DNA from: Phoronis australis
Taxonomy: Eukaryota > Animalia > Phoronida
Assembly: GCA_002633005.1 (NCBI GenBank)
Contig: NMRA01000056.1
Coordinates: 1,023,521-1,087,520, forward strand
DNA: 64,000 bases
Direction: 5' to 3'
Positions 38,916 to 51,870 of this stretch are shown here, in pieces. Both the position numbers and the translations under genes were made by a program. The stretch's first letter is position 1. Each line of letters begins with the position of its first letter. The notes under the pieces are model-generated. The model saw nothing but the letters and a program-made list of their open reading frames with translations. It was not told the origin of the DNA and searched no databases.

Positions 38916-39718
38916 TCAAGTTATAATTTACATCAATTAGTAAGAGTAGTAACAGATATAGCATTGGTTGGTTCACTTAAAAGAATAGTCGCGTAAGGGT
39001 AAGGTTCAAATATATTGTTTTTTCGCATCCATGAATTATTTAGAACATTCATTTTACAGTACATTAATTGAATATCAGATTAGGAACAGAGATCATTTTT
39101 TGACCGACAGGTCCTCAAATCTGTGGGCCAATTTAGAGGACTTATGGGTTTCNAGAATTAATGAAAACATATTTTTCTAACATTAAACAAATGGTTTAGG
39201 TTATAGAAATCACATTCCTTGTCCAATTTTCAAAATTCAAAAACCTAATCAGTTGTGCTTTTCATGAACTATTCAGATATGCTATTTAGAAACTTACAAG
39301 ACTGAAATTTAAAAATACTATTGTCTAGAGAACGATAACATCAGCAGCCTGAGGCCATTTAATTAATCACAACAGCATGGTGTCTTTGATCTGAATGGGC
39401 AAATTCTGTGATGCGCAAACCGATCAGAGTTGCCCAATCTCGACATGTTAGGGTCAGTCTACCTAGGATTCTTTTCATGTTTCAAGTTATAATTTACATC
39501 AATTAGTAAGAGTAGTAAGAGATATAGCATTTGTTGGATCACTTACAAGAATAGTCGCGTAAGGGTAAGGTTCAAATATATTGTTTTTTCGCATCCATGA
39601 ATTATTTAGAACATTCATTTTACAGTACATTAATTGAATATCAGATTAGGAACAGAGATCATTTTTTGACTGACAGGTCCTCAAATCTGTGGGCCAATTT
39701 AGAGGACTTATGGGTTTC
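38588..39718 (+). repeat. 565-bp tandem duplicate joined at a single N (likely assembly artefact)
   Basis: 38588-39152 and 39154-39718 are colinear with roughly 20 substitutions, and the junction is exactly the N at 39153. Confidence 0.9.
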
Positions 39719-42137
39719 GTTAGTTTTTTCTGTTCTTTTTCTTTTCGATACGTTGGTGACTTTTGTGATTTCATCGTCTGCTCCCTGACTGCATGATTAG
39801 CTATTGGTCTAAATTGCTAACTGCACTTCAATTTGACCAAGCAAATACACACTTGGGATCCGACTATTTTCACAAAATGCTAGACCCCATATTGCAAATG
39901 TTTTGGTCAATGGTATTAGTGTTGATTAACTGCTTTGCTGACTGTCCTTATGTTAGAATTTGGATAGAATCTGTATTATTCAATATTCAAGACAAAGTAA
40001 GGCAGAAATGCCACACAATTTTAATGCACCCGTTGACCTCAGTTAAGGAATCACAATGCATCCATGAAAATTTTTATGCGCCAGTGATGTCACTAAGTGT
40101 GCTTCCAACAAAATTATTTCTGTATGAATAAAGTTGGTAAGAAACTTGGAGGGAAGTAAACAGAAAAGGAAATGAAATTCATGCTGAGAGATTAGGCTTC
40201 AGGGCTCTATCTCACTCTACAAACTTGCGCAATATCATGGAATGCCATAGGTGGATTTAGGGGGGCTCCACACTTCCACATTGTCGTTATCACAGCTTCT
40301 TATGTCTGGCAGTTTCCAGCGAGAGAATAAAGTCGCCTACTGTAGGAATTAAATTATATGTAAGTTGACAACTAGAAATTATGGTATTGGTCTGGGTTTA
40401 TGTCTATGTTCGCCTTGACGCCCACATCAATTTTTCTCAATTTTCATTTACTAACGCCCACATTAGGTTATATATCCACTCACTATTTATGCAGTTGGGA
40501 CTGTTATAGTCTTTTAAATTAACGCCCATAGTTTATGAGCCCCATCTTGAGAGAATTTCAGTAACAAAATGCGTGTTGTGTGCTTTCCTGCTATCAACAG
40601 ACCAGTGACCATTTTCATTGAACCATGCACTTTGTGTGTAATGTACCGGTAAATGCAACTTCTTGGGCAGTGCCTGGTCAGTCTGTATGACACACATGAG
40701 GAGAGCTGGGCCACTATGTCCAAAGGACTAAATTTATTGTTAGGGACAACCCTAGTAAAAGCATCTAAAGGCACAGTTTTGAGGGGACCTCCCCACCCAA
40801 ACTCAGTGCTTGTTTTGGGTATAAACATCCACTGTCAAAATTGTTAAATAGAGCTGTAAACCCTATATTAGTGTCTGTCAATAAATAACTTTTGACTTAA
40901 GCCATTTGCACGAAGTCGGACTCGACTAGTGTTCCGTACTGGAATTTAGACATGATTTCTAGGTTTGAAAAGAACTCGCAGGTCATTATTTCCTCAGACA
41001 GTGCCTGTTAACTTACATTTCATAGCAGTTTAGTTTCAGTCTACAAGGCATACATGGTTGTCAGGGGAATTTATTGCAATCAATTTCAATTCAAACAAAA
41101 GATAGGAATGTGATGGTGTTGTTTTGGAAGAGCAAATATGCCTGTGAATAAAGTTGATGTTTTACACACCAAACATGGTCTACATCAGCTTTCAACACCC
41201 TTTGTTGCCTGGGTGTCCTGGCGCCTATTTCTCGAAGGGTCTTCTGACTTTTGGCTAAAGTCATTCTATGGATGGCTTTAGTAGTTTCTCAAAAATTAGG
41301 CGAAGACTGAAAGTCAAGAAAATTGGTCTACAATTCGAAGTCAAATAACGAGAAATCCATGGGCTGCTGAAATAGATAGAAGATAAAACGTTGCAAAACA
41401 CAAAAAACCAGCTTTTGGCTATTTGTAGTAAAATTTCTGACTTGGTTTTAAGTCAAAAGATAAAAGCCTATAGAGTCTTCAAGAAGTACCAAATTTTTAC
41501 CTTCATAATTTAAACACTCAACCGTATTGCCGTCGCGGAGAAATTTAATGAACTGAAATCAACACGTCATCGCATGCCACTTTAAGTCACATTTGATCTA
41601 GATGTAATTTTTCAATCAATTTCACTTTTTCACACAACTGTAAATGAAGAATCAAAGACTAAGACAATAAAAATTTCCAAACAGTAAAAAATACAAACTT
41701 GGATTTTACTATCACCCTTAACATAAAGAGCACAATTAAATAGTTTTTACATGAATTGATTTTAATAAATGTCTACTGTAGACATATTTAAAAAGTTGTG
41801 ATTACTTTCGATACATTTTATCGTCCACTTTTACAAACAAATCACACTTATGAATAGGAATGGTTGTGTTGACTGTTTCGGATTCGGATTCGCATGAATC
41901 CCTGTAACTCATTGGTTTTGTTCAAGAGCAGCTGAAAGATGCAATAAACATGTCTTGTCAATGGTTATCACTTTAAACCTATTGGCTTATGTTTCCTCAG
42001 ATATCATTTCTGATCACATTACACTTCACAACAAGCCTCTAAGTGACCTCCAGGTGACCTCTGTGTGACCTCTGCATGACCTCAGTGCTGAGATGTTGTG
42101 TCATTGAATTATGTTTGCATGTTGTGTTTTCTGTTAG

Positions 42138-42260
42138 GTTGATCTGTTCGCGTTTGCTTGGAGGTGCCACGCGCTCAAAAAGGGCGAACCAGGAAATCCA
42201 CTGACAACACCAAGAAAGGGAACGAAAGCGAGAGACTTCCACAAGACGTTGCAGTCATGA
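42138..42260 (+). CDS. BTBD19: BTBD19-like exon 6 (terminal coding exon)
   Basis: Acceptor TTTTCTGTTAG. Encodes VDLFAFAWRCHALKKGEPGNPLTTPRKGTKARDFHKTLQS*, matching the BTBD19 C-terminal AWKCHAL...RRGT..R..H motif as I recall it. The total spliced CDS is 876 nt (291 aa plus stop). Confidence 0.92.
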   Translation, partial: VDLFAFAWRCHALKKGEPGNPLTTPRKGTKARDFHKTLQS

Positions 42261-42593
42261 TGATAATCGATCTGTCACTGGTGCCAGTGTTTACGTCTGA
42301 GTTAAATCATGAGAACCTTTTTGCTAATTACTGTTTCCCAGAATCCTTGGATGTGTCACAATTCTGTATAAGGAATTTATATTTGATGTTGAGTTGTAGG
42401 CAAGCTTGCTTTATAAAATTTAATCCTTTTTTCCTCATTCTTGCTCTTGATATTAAAGTTGTTGTGTTTTTTGCTATTACACTTCCAAACTGCCAGCCTT
42501 GGCACTGGTGCCTTAAATTATAATAGGGTTATTTTGTAACAAAATTTTTACCAAAATTGTTATTTTTGATTTTTCAGTTGTCAGTATAGGCCA

Positions 42594-42758
42594 CAGGGGC
42601 GGATCCAGGATTTTTAAAAGAGGGGTCGGATCAAGGGTTTTTAAAAGGGGGTCTAAGTCAACAATTTGAAAATTCTAGATATCATTTGATATCACTAAAA
42701 TCAAGGGATAAAAGGGAGGTGTGTCCGGATCCCCTTGACCCCCCTGGATCCGCCTGTG
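42594..42758. mobile_element. MITE with 5-bp TSD
   Basis: Termini CAGGGGCGGATCCAGG...CCTGGATCCGCCTGTG, flanked by GGCCA on both sides. Confidence 0.8.
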
Positions 42759-44292
42759 GGCCATATCGAGAGATTATCAGTGTTATTTTACGACAATTGT
42801 ATGTACAGTTCAAGCTATATTCGTTCTATTCTAAGAATTTCCGTGATGTTCATTTGTGCTCAGAGAAATATCTCAAAGTAGATGTTTCTGATATATTTCA
42901 TACTTTATGAGTGAAAAACTTCAGCAGTACATACTAGGGTAGGCTTATGTTCTCTGCATTTATACCAACACAAAGACTTTGCACTCGTGTTTTTCATTCC
43001 TATAAATAACTGAAAAAGTCATGAAGTTTGTTTTGTTGTACATAATAGGAGATTAAAATTTTCAATATAGTTGTTACAACATTTTAACTTTAATATTTTA
43101 CTGCCATCTTTCACTTTTCCTCTGACCAGTAAGGATTGTGATCTGTGATTTTTTGTAGTTGTTTCGCCAGATAATGGAGCAACACACTCCCACCTTCTCT
43201 CAAAAAACAAGCTTTAATGAGGCTACTTAACATACTGTTTCAAAATTGGTCTTTCTTTATTCATTCCTCAGATTAGAAACGATTTCCGGTCTTAAGAAGA
43301 GGTAACTGGTCATTATTACTTCAAATGGGGCCGGCATTGAGTTGCTTGTGACAAGTTAGATTTAATTGCTATGGTAGTATGACCGTCAGGGTATCTCCAG
43401 TTGTTTTATTGTGACTAATTTCAATTTATACAGACATAGGATAGGAATGCCTTGACATGGCTGTGGAAGGGCAAAATTGATACGCCTGTGAAGAATTTTT
43501 TTTATCCCCAGAACTTGGTGTACAGCAGAATTGTATTAAATCCAATTCATTTTTTGCTCTCTGTATATTTGTTATGATCTTGGAAAAATCAATTTGTGTT
43601 AAAAAAATTCAGAACGAGGAGTTTGAGGATTACCTATTTCTCAAACCACAAATTATGCTTTTGAAAAAACATTTCATGTACTTGTGAAATTTCTCTTAAA
43701 GTTTGAACAAAAAATTGTCTCCCGGTGGCAGCACCAAAATTTACTTTTGTTGTAAATACTGAAAAAACACAAATTACTGCATCAGAACCAATTCCATTTT
43801 TTAATCAATTCATTTTTGTTAACTTTTTGCATGCATGATATTTGCCCCTGAATTCAAAATAGCAAATCTACTATTGTGCGGCAAGCGCTAGGTCCCAGTT
43901 GAACATATGTATCGGTATTATTGATTTTCAAGAGCTACAACTAGTTTACAATGTCTTTGAAAATCATTATTCCATGTTAGTTTTATTGTAAATACTGATT
44001 TAGACTTTTATTAGAATGACTATTAACCTGCCTTCAGTCATCAAAGAAACTTACATTTGATTTAGACCACCTTGCATTGTAAAATAAGTCTCAACTTGTT
44101 CCTCATGTTCTAGAAGGTGAGGAATGACTTCTCAACTAAGGAAGAGAAGTGACAGTTCAGTCGTGCTTGAGACAATACGAGACTCATAAAATGATCCCCT
44201 GTGACAAGCTTACTTATTGAGTCTGATAGCAAGCAATAACCAACAGTCAGTTGTTCTCAAGCCCAGCAATCTTCTCTAGTCTGTGTAAGGAA

Positions 44293-44876
44293 TAAGAGTT
44301 ATGCCTTATTTATAATGGTAAGTGTCCTAGATCATAAGAGTTGAGACCTTATTTTTAGTGGTAAATGCCCTAGTAGATCATAAGAGTTGAGGCCTTATTT
44401 GTAATGGTAAGTGCCCTAGATCATAAGAGTTGAGGCCTTATTTATAATGGTAAGTTCCCAAGATCATAAGAGTTGAGAATCATAAATAAGACTTGACGTC
44501 TTATTTATAATGGTAAGTGTCTTAGATCATAAGAGTTGAGACTTTATTTATAATGGTAAGTGTCCTAGATCATAAGAGTTGAGACCTTATTTATAATGGT
44601 AAATGCCCTAGATCATAAGAGTTGAGACCTTATTTATAAGGATGAGTGACCTAGATCATAAGACTTGAGGTCTTATTTATAATGGTAAGTGCCTTAGATC
44701 ATAAGAGTTGAGACTGTATTTATAATGGTAAATGCCCTAGATCATAAGACTTGAGGTCTTATTTATAATGGTGAGTGCCCTGGATCATAAGATTTGAGGC
44801 CTTACGTATAATGATGAGTGCCCTACATCATAACAGTTGGGGCCTTATTTATAATAATAAGTGCCCTAGATCATAA
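44293..44876 (+). repeat. 43-bp minisatellite, ~13 copies
   Basis: Unit CTTATTTATAATGGTAAGTGCCCTAGATCATAAGAGTTGAG(A/G)C. The period is 43 (for example GAGACCTT at 44581 and 44624). Confidence 0.95.
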
Positions 44877-45164
44877 ATATTTGACTGAAGACAGGTTTAT
44901 AGTCACTTTAAATGCACTGTATGGTGACCGGTGTTTGTTTTGGAACAAATTGAGAAAATACCAGAAAAAATCATTGTGACTATCCCTCCTGGGGTTAAAT
45001 TAATAAGTTTGGTTTAACCTTAATGTAGTAAAATTCCATTTATGCAAGCATGCTTGAATGCTTTTGAAATATAGGTCAATTTTTTTACAGACAGCCAAAC
45101 TGCAGTGGGAGATGATCATTTGTAAATATACCACATGAGATTTGTTTTCTTCTAGAGTAGTTAC

Positions 45165-45203
45165 AATAAAGAAATAAAGGCAGTTGCTGTTTTCCTTTTT
45201 TTA
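45165..45203 (+). terminator. Candidate BTBD19 polyadenylation signal
   Basis: Two AATAAA hexamers (45165-45170 and 45173-45178) followed by a GT/T-rich tract. These are the first canonical hexamers I could find after the stop; ATTAAA variants occur earlier. Confidence 0.4.
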
Positions 45204-45534
45204 TAGCCCATGTAAATTTTGTACTAAGGTAAAAATCTTGGACTTGGTCCCAGTGTCACATTCGCCTAGTTGCGACTGCCAATACCTGCTGTGCTTCTTG
45301 AACTTCAATGCGGGGTCCACATGTCATCGGATCAGAAGTCTGGGTTGCATGACTGACATGCTAATGCTTAGGTTACCCCCCACGTGCCTATCTAAGGTGA
45401 CCCTCCTAATGGCAGCTGTTGAGATACAACTCTGATTGTTGTTAGACGTTATCTGCATTGCTCCAACAATGGTGACGAGGAGTGTGATAATGCGACGTCA
45501 TTGTTGTTATACAGCTTGTAAATTTTATGCAAGC

Positions 45535-45773
45535 CATGCGTTCACACAGGGTGGGGGCTCGGGGCTCGAAGGAGCCCCTTATTTGGCGAAGCGGCCAAAA
45601 AAGTCCTCAGATAAACAAAAACTTCGAAAAGAATTAGAAAACGAGACAAAGGTACCCTAAAAAGGTAGAAACTACCAAAATTCGGCGAATGCACTATTCA
45701 TAGCTCTGAACGTACTCCGTAAATCTTAGTATAAGATCCACATTCTCAAAAATTCGGGCTGGGTGCGCGCATG
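45535..45773. mobile_element. MITE with 5-bp TSD (CATGCG-terminus family)
   Basis: Termini CATGCGTTCACACAG...CTGGGTGCGCGCATG, with flanks CAAGC and CAAAC. Confidence 0.7.
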
Positions 45774-47583
45774 CAAACGTATACTCTGGCGCCCTCGCGC
45801 GGCTTCACTACAAGTAAAAAGATGCACGATGTCTGAATTTGAAAGTCAACTACGAGTTTTCACAAAACAATTCGAAATAATTACCCAACTATCGGTAACA
45901 GCATAAGGTAAGGTGCAAAATGCTAGGCATGGTTAATCACGCGCGGTTCCACAAGTTCGAGTCCCTAGAATGTGCCGGAGCTGCTCGTGGTAAGGAGGGT
46001 AGATCTGCCTGGAGCGATAATACGGTGGATTGGACGGACGTCCGGCCTTCTGATCGGACAGCGTGTGCACGCTGTATTAGCCATGTCATTGTTATGCCTG
46101 AGCGCTCTAAATGCTGAAGGCTCTGTTTAAAGTCGATCACGCTACCCTTTTCCAACGACTTCTGGCAATTCCACTGTTGATGCACTCGAGTTTTAGAGGG
46201 ACATGCGCCTCTGTGGGTTTGCATTTTCTTTCCTACCGTAGGATGTCTTTTTTACTCTGTCAGACTATTTGCCCAAAGAAAATTACTCCGCTCGAAGTGC
46301 AAACGTCTGTCTAGGTCTTCCTAGTTAGACCTAACACTTACGCAGTAGTACGGGATTAGCTCATTTAGGAAATCCTGGTAAGTTTTTGAAACAACGACAG
46401 TCACAACTTGAATGACAAAAACGTTGTTCTAATTGCATAATAATTTTAATTACTTTTCTTCTTTTCATGCATTTTGACTGTTTTGACGAAATACACATTT
46501 CCCTTGACAGTTGGATCGATAACAATATTGCGCTTTCATACGCAACCATTTCTTTCCTTTCACGTGTTCTCGAAAACGACCATTAAAACGAAACTTCTTG
46601 AAAACGCTCTGGCTTCAGCCATGGGAGTCGAGCTTGGACAACGAAATGTAACGTTTCGAAAACGCTGAATTCTCGCCATATGGTATCAGGACCGAGTAAA
46701 TTTTGGCAAACTAATCAGCTTTTCTGTGGAGAAAGATCTGCGCTAAATGTCTAGTACTTTTTGGAAGCATAGAGCAGGGCTGTTGGAAGCGGAGGGCCGG
46801 GGGGCACGGGTGCCCCCAAAAAAATTTCAGGCGTCAGAGTTAAACCGTGGCAACCGACAGTGTTGAGAAAATAAAGACTGCTAAGTGCGGATAAGAGCGA
46901 AAATTCAAGAGAACATTTAACATCTCTGTATCAGTACCTTTTGAGAACCCTGGCCAGGACATTGTTTTTGGGGTACCCACTTTCGCAGCACAGGTCGTCT
47001 GAACGCACTTGGAAACGTGCACGTAATGATTCATGCATATATTTCGAAAAATCGAGAAAATTTGTAAAGCGTACTAATTTACTGGATTTTTAAATTCAAT
47101 AAGTCGATTTTGCGACAGCAAAACCGTATTTTTTCCGGAGGCCCTTGACAATTAGAAGCTAATCTTGTAAGAAATGACACTGCTTCAGTGAACTTAGTTG
47201 CAGGCCGACAATGGGAAAATTTGATCTACCATCAGATCCCCAAATATAAAAGTACACTAACCGATTTTTGTCTAGCTGAAATAAATCTCAAGGAAATTGC
47301 TGAATTTCGGACAGTTCAACAATGTGTCCTAAAATGTTCTCACAACTCAAATGACAATAATTTTTTATTGGCTTAGGAACTAGATTACTGGGCTTAAATT
47401 TACAAACTGTATAACGAAAACGAAGTTTAAGTACTCAAATAAAATCAAACTTATTGGTCATCAACTTGAAAAGGTTCTCTTTGAACTTCCTTGATGTTGA
47501 TTTCCAGTAGTATTGCGCAATGAATTTTTGTTCTTCAAAACTGAATCGTTTGATTGCATTTCCCGTGCATACTACACACACGG

Positions 47584-47795
47584 CATGCGCACACCCAGGG
47601 GGCTCGAATTTTTGAGGACAGGGACCTTTTACTAAAGAAAGAAAACCGAATACAGGTTTCGTTCAGGGCTATGAATCCTTTTTTTAGCGGACTTTTGTCT
47701 CGTTTTTCTCGGACTTTTTGTTTCTCTGAGGCGGACCTTTTTGCCCACTTTGTGAAATGGGGGGCTCATTGGAGCACACCCCGGGTGCGCGCATG
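47584..47795. mobile_element. MITE with 5-bp TSD (CATGCG-terminus family)
   Basis: Termini CATGCGCACACCCAGGGG...CCCCGGGTGCGCGCATG, with a perfect CACGG TSD. Confidence 0.85.
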
Positions 47796-50700
47796 CACGG
47801 AGCACGTCATCACAGGCATATCCACTTTAAAAAACAAGACGTAACCATGCAGTAGGCCTGCGTAGAATCTCTGTTACCCACGGGAACTGAATTTTAACTC
47901 CAGACATTAAGGTGTGTACATTTTAGGACACACTCTGTATCATTTCCCCCAGCAACCAGAAACTGGACTACGGGTTGTGCTTCACCAAGGGATTCTGAAA
48001 CGGCTACAAAGGCACTCATACCAGGCACATCAGGACCTCACCTTTCCAAAAATTACTTCAAAGAATGGCCATAATAATATGAAGTTTTCCCGAATCTAGA
48101 TCATAATAAAAACGAACCTTGACCTTCGACCCTGATCAAAGGATTATGTACGAATCCACTTTTTGAAACCCAGCTATAGTTACTTCAGGCAGCTCCCAGC
48201 TACCCGTCAGTGCACTCGGGCCCTAGACCTGTTCTTACTCTCCGTCAAATTGGTCTGTCCCCCCTCCTCACCCCAATAATATTTAATAATATTTTCCTTC
48301 CTACGGGCCTGTAGAGTATTGGTGTACGTGGATGGGAATACAAATGAAAACGCTCGCATATACTGTACACTTGTTTGAAAACGGGATAAGACTGAAAAGA
48401 TTTTGAAAATTAAAACCCAGTTGTTTTGACAGTACCCCAGTGCATACATTTGGATATGAAATACTCAACTTGTCTTATACACCTGTCACTGAGCAAGAGA
48501 GTGAGACAAAATCCACAACGCTGTTTGCTAACTTGACAGGGACTTATTTTGCATGAAAATAATTGCTGCTCGCTGTCATGTCTTGGTAGTACTATTGACT
48601 GGGCTATCCATCACTGTGCACTAATTAAGGAGTCTGTTTTCAATAATGAGTTTGGGGTTTGCATTTTCTCTGTGTTAGTCCTGATGGTTTGCGTGTACGG
48701 AGGGACAAGAAGGTATATGGTTTTCTTTCAGAGACAGGCTTTCCGATAAACTAATTAAATCATGTTAAGGCCCCGCACAAGTTACTTGCAGAAGCCCCTC
48801 CTGGCAAACTTTCCATGTGGTAACAGAGAAGCGAGTGGTGGCGGAAATGGGGGCCACCCGGGGATATAAAAATTTGAGCTGGCTAACTTTGAGTGATGGA
48901 TGACGTCGAATGCAACGTTAAACAGTAGCAGCGTTAGATGTAATCATGGGATGTGCATTGTCCAGAGAAACCTTAATCCAGAACTGTTTTGTTGCATAAA
49001 TAGCTAATTGGATATTCCATAATGAGCGTGGAGGAGAGGTCACAACCGCTTCGAAATTTACAAACCCATGCGGTAATTTATGTTAATAGCAAATAGTACC
49101 TTATTTGAGACCTCTTAAAGTTGTAGAGAAAAATAATTTATCTTACAAATCGATATTCTTCATTTCAGAAATTACATGTCGATGGAAAAGTGTGGCCGCA
49201 TATCCGAGACAAAAAGAAATTTCTAGATGTAGTAATCGCACTTACATGCATACGGGATAATGAGAAATCAAATAGCAGGTCTTTATGCGCGACTTTGCAT
49301 CCGTGAATTTGTGATTTTATTACAAATCGCCAGTTCTCGCCGTTGTCTTCCAGGCATCACGAACATCATAGCCGATGACTCTGACAGCTATCGAATGTTG
49401 AATAGCTCCGCCAGCGCTGCGTCAGACTGCGACCACTGGGTGTGAGTTCGATTTCGCGTTGGGCCTCGTTGATAATGTCACATTAAACAAACGCATAGCG
49501 TCAAAACGGACAAACATAAAATCACAAGATGTAAACGTGATAATCATTCTTGGTCGGTGAAAAGAATGGTTTTCGGTGTTATCGGCGAAAAAAAGTGATT
49601 TTCACAGATTATCCTAAACGCCGAATCGAACCTGTAAAACCCGCGGTTGCTAGCGGAGTTAAATCCGACTTTTAAACGTATTTAACTTGTAAAGTCGCCG
49701 GCCTTAATTTCAGTGGATATCTGGTAGAAGACAGTAACAACTTGCGATTTGTAATAAAAGCTTAAAGCACAAAGGATTTTGTGGTTTTATAGCTCTGGTT
49801 AAAGATAAAATGTACCTCATCCAAAAATAATCTTAAAATTGCGTTTTTGGTCGTAAATACGATCGCGGCCCTTTAAGACATGGCTGCAAATTTCATCTGG
49901 TGTTAAAGGATTTTACTCTGTTTCGGTTAATACTATGCGTTATTAAACCTGTACTTTCTGTTAAAGGGCAAGTTTTGATTTAGGCTACTTATCGTAATAA
50001 CATTGGTCTCAACATGCTCCTTAGTCAACATGGAGATGATTTCATCGCTTCAACTGTTTGACAGTTAGTTCCTTCAGGCCAAGCACACGCGTGATCTGAG
50101 ATGTTATGAGCTTGACAGTAAAATTATAGCAAACTGTCAGATTTTTCCCAGATTATAGAACCTTCTGAATTGAGAACGGAACAAGACAAGGCCAATTTTA
50201 TAGCGATCTTGAATTTTTTTGAAAAAAGTATGGATTTAATGCTGCTTTGAAGGCAATTTCATTAGAACAATAACACGAATCGTGCAGCCCATGCTGTCAC
50301 CTTTAAAACCAAGACAGTATTATTAATGGTATCTGCGCTTTTCAGTGTAAATGTCACATTTCTACGCTTGTCGCTTGCCACTCGCATTCGTAAGTCTCTA
50401 TTCCCCTGTCTTCTTCTCACTATCAGGTAAAAATCTCGTGATCTATCAGTCGCTCAGTAGAAGTGATTATTGTCATTATATCATTTTCCGTCTGCCAGTG
50501 CTCACGTGCGAGTAGGCTCACTAACGATTTCATCTACTACGGGAAGTGATGGGTTCATTCAATGATGAAATTGTTATATCGATACTCGTAACCCGTGCAC
50601 TGTCTGTCTGGAAATGAAGAAGCGAGGTAGGCAACGGCAATGCGCGTCATGTCTCGCGTGTTGGCTTTCTGACGTTTCTTTGCAGGTAGGCCCGAGTACT

Positions 50701-51870
50701 TTACTTTTAGCGTCTCATTCTCCACGAGACATTAGACATTTTTCAGATAGACATTTCATTCGCTTAGAGGGTCAGGGTTTCATGTGTGTTCAGTGGAGAA
50801 TTTCCTTGCGTTATTAGTCTACCGAATTTCACATTTGTGACCCAACGAAACCACTATGCGCGCAAGACGATCCGGCCTAGATCCACTAACGTTTCCCATC
50901 CGTATACTTCAGGCCGGGAATGCTATAAACACGCGTTCCGTCCAAGAAGCGAAATTTTGATTTAGGCCATTAATTACTGCTGTGACATTGGTCTCAACTT
51001 GTTCCTTACTCAGATGAGAATGGATTTCTGGCAGTTCGTTAATCTTTTAGATCGTGCTCGGTGCATACAAGCTAACTTGATTGTAGACTCAAGCAACAAG
51101 CGGCAACTTTTCTTTGGAATACCTGAAATCACCTACACTTTGACTAATCTAAGGAACAAATTAAAACCAATTTTACAATGGTAAGTGGTTTGAAATCAAA
51201 CTTTTTTGTATAGTGGAAAGTGGGTTTGTTGCCGCTTTGAATTCAGATGGGCTGAGTGAACGTCCAAACGAACAGGTATTTACCGCTGACTGTGGGACGC
51301 AAACATCCTGATTTCCCGATAAGAAAGTGAGCTACTGAAATGGAAAAGAGACATTGGGATGGAGCTTGCCACTAAATTGGTTTCGATTAGAATTGTACCA
51401 TACAACTTTACACAAACGCTGAAAACATTGAATCGAATTTCAGTTATACTATTCTCGCCATGACGTGAAACATCTCACTGTCCTTCCATTTATAAGTAGC
51501 ACGCCTTGTAGGAGTGTACTACACTCCTTGGTTAAATGAGCCTAGCATGCGCTGAGAAAATTGTTCTGGCATCATTTTTACGTGAACAGCTACTGCAACA
51601 ATTATCATGTTCTTCAGCGAGTTTCGTATACAAACGTAACCAAGGATTTCTCATCAGGCTATAATGAACGTCAAATGTATGTAAAGTGCATTTGATGGAT
51701 TCTTCGATTGTGTTTTATGCGGATTCCACGATTTCACCTGCCAATGACATTAAGACATGTCTGTCTGCAGCCGGTGTATTTCTCAGCAACATCGCTATAA
51801 GTACAGGCGACAGCTTTTAAAATATGCGATAGACGTTATTTTTGTTAATAGCGTTTTCGCAATCGCTTAC

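Noticed and set aside
30664-42137. Nested gene in the 11.5-kb BTBD19 intron 5
   Set aside because: No ORF has recognisable motifs or a consistent exon chain. The intron is repeats and AT-rich sequence.
44293-44876. CRISPR-like array
   Set aside because: The whole 43-bp unit repeats with no unique spacers, there are no cas genes, and the context is eukaryotic. It is a minisatellite.
46300-46350. Helitron 3' end (TAGGTCT...AGACCTA hairpin)
   Set aside because: The stem is short, there is no correctly placed CTRR terminus, and there is no second copy in the window.
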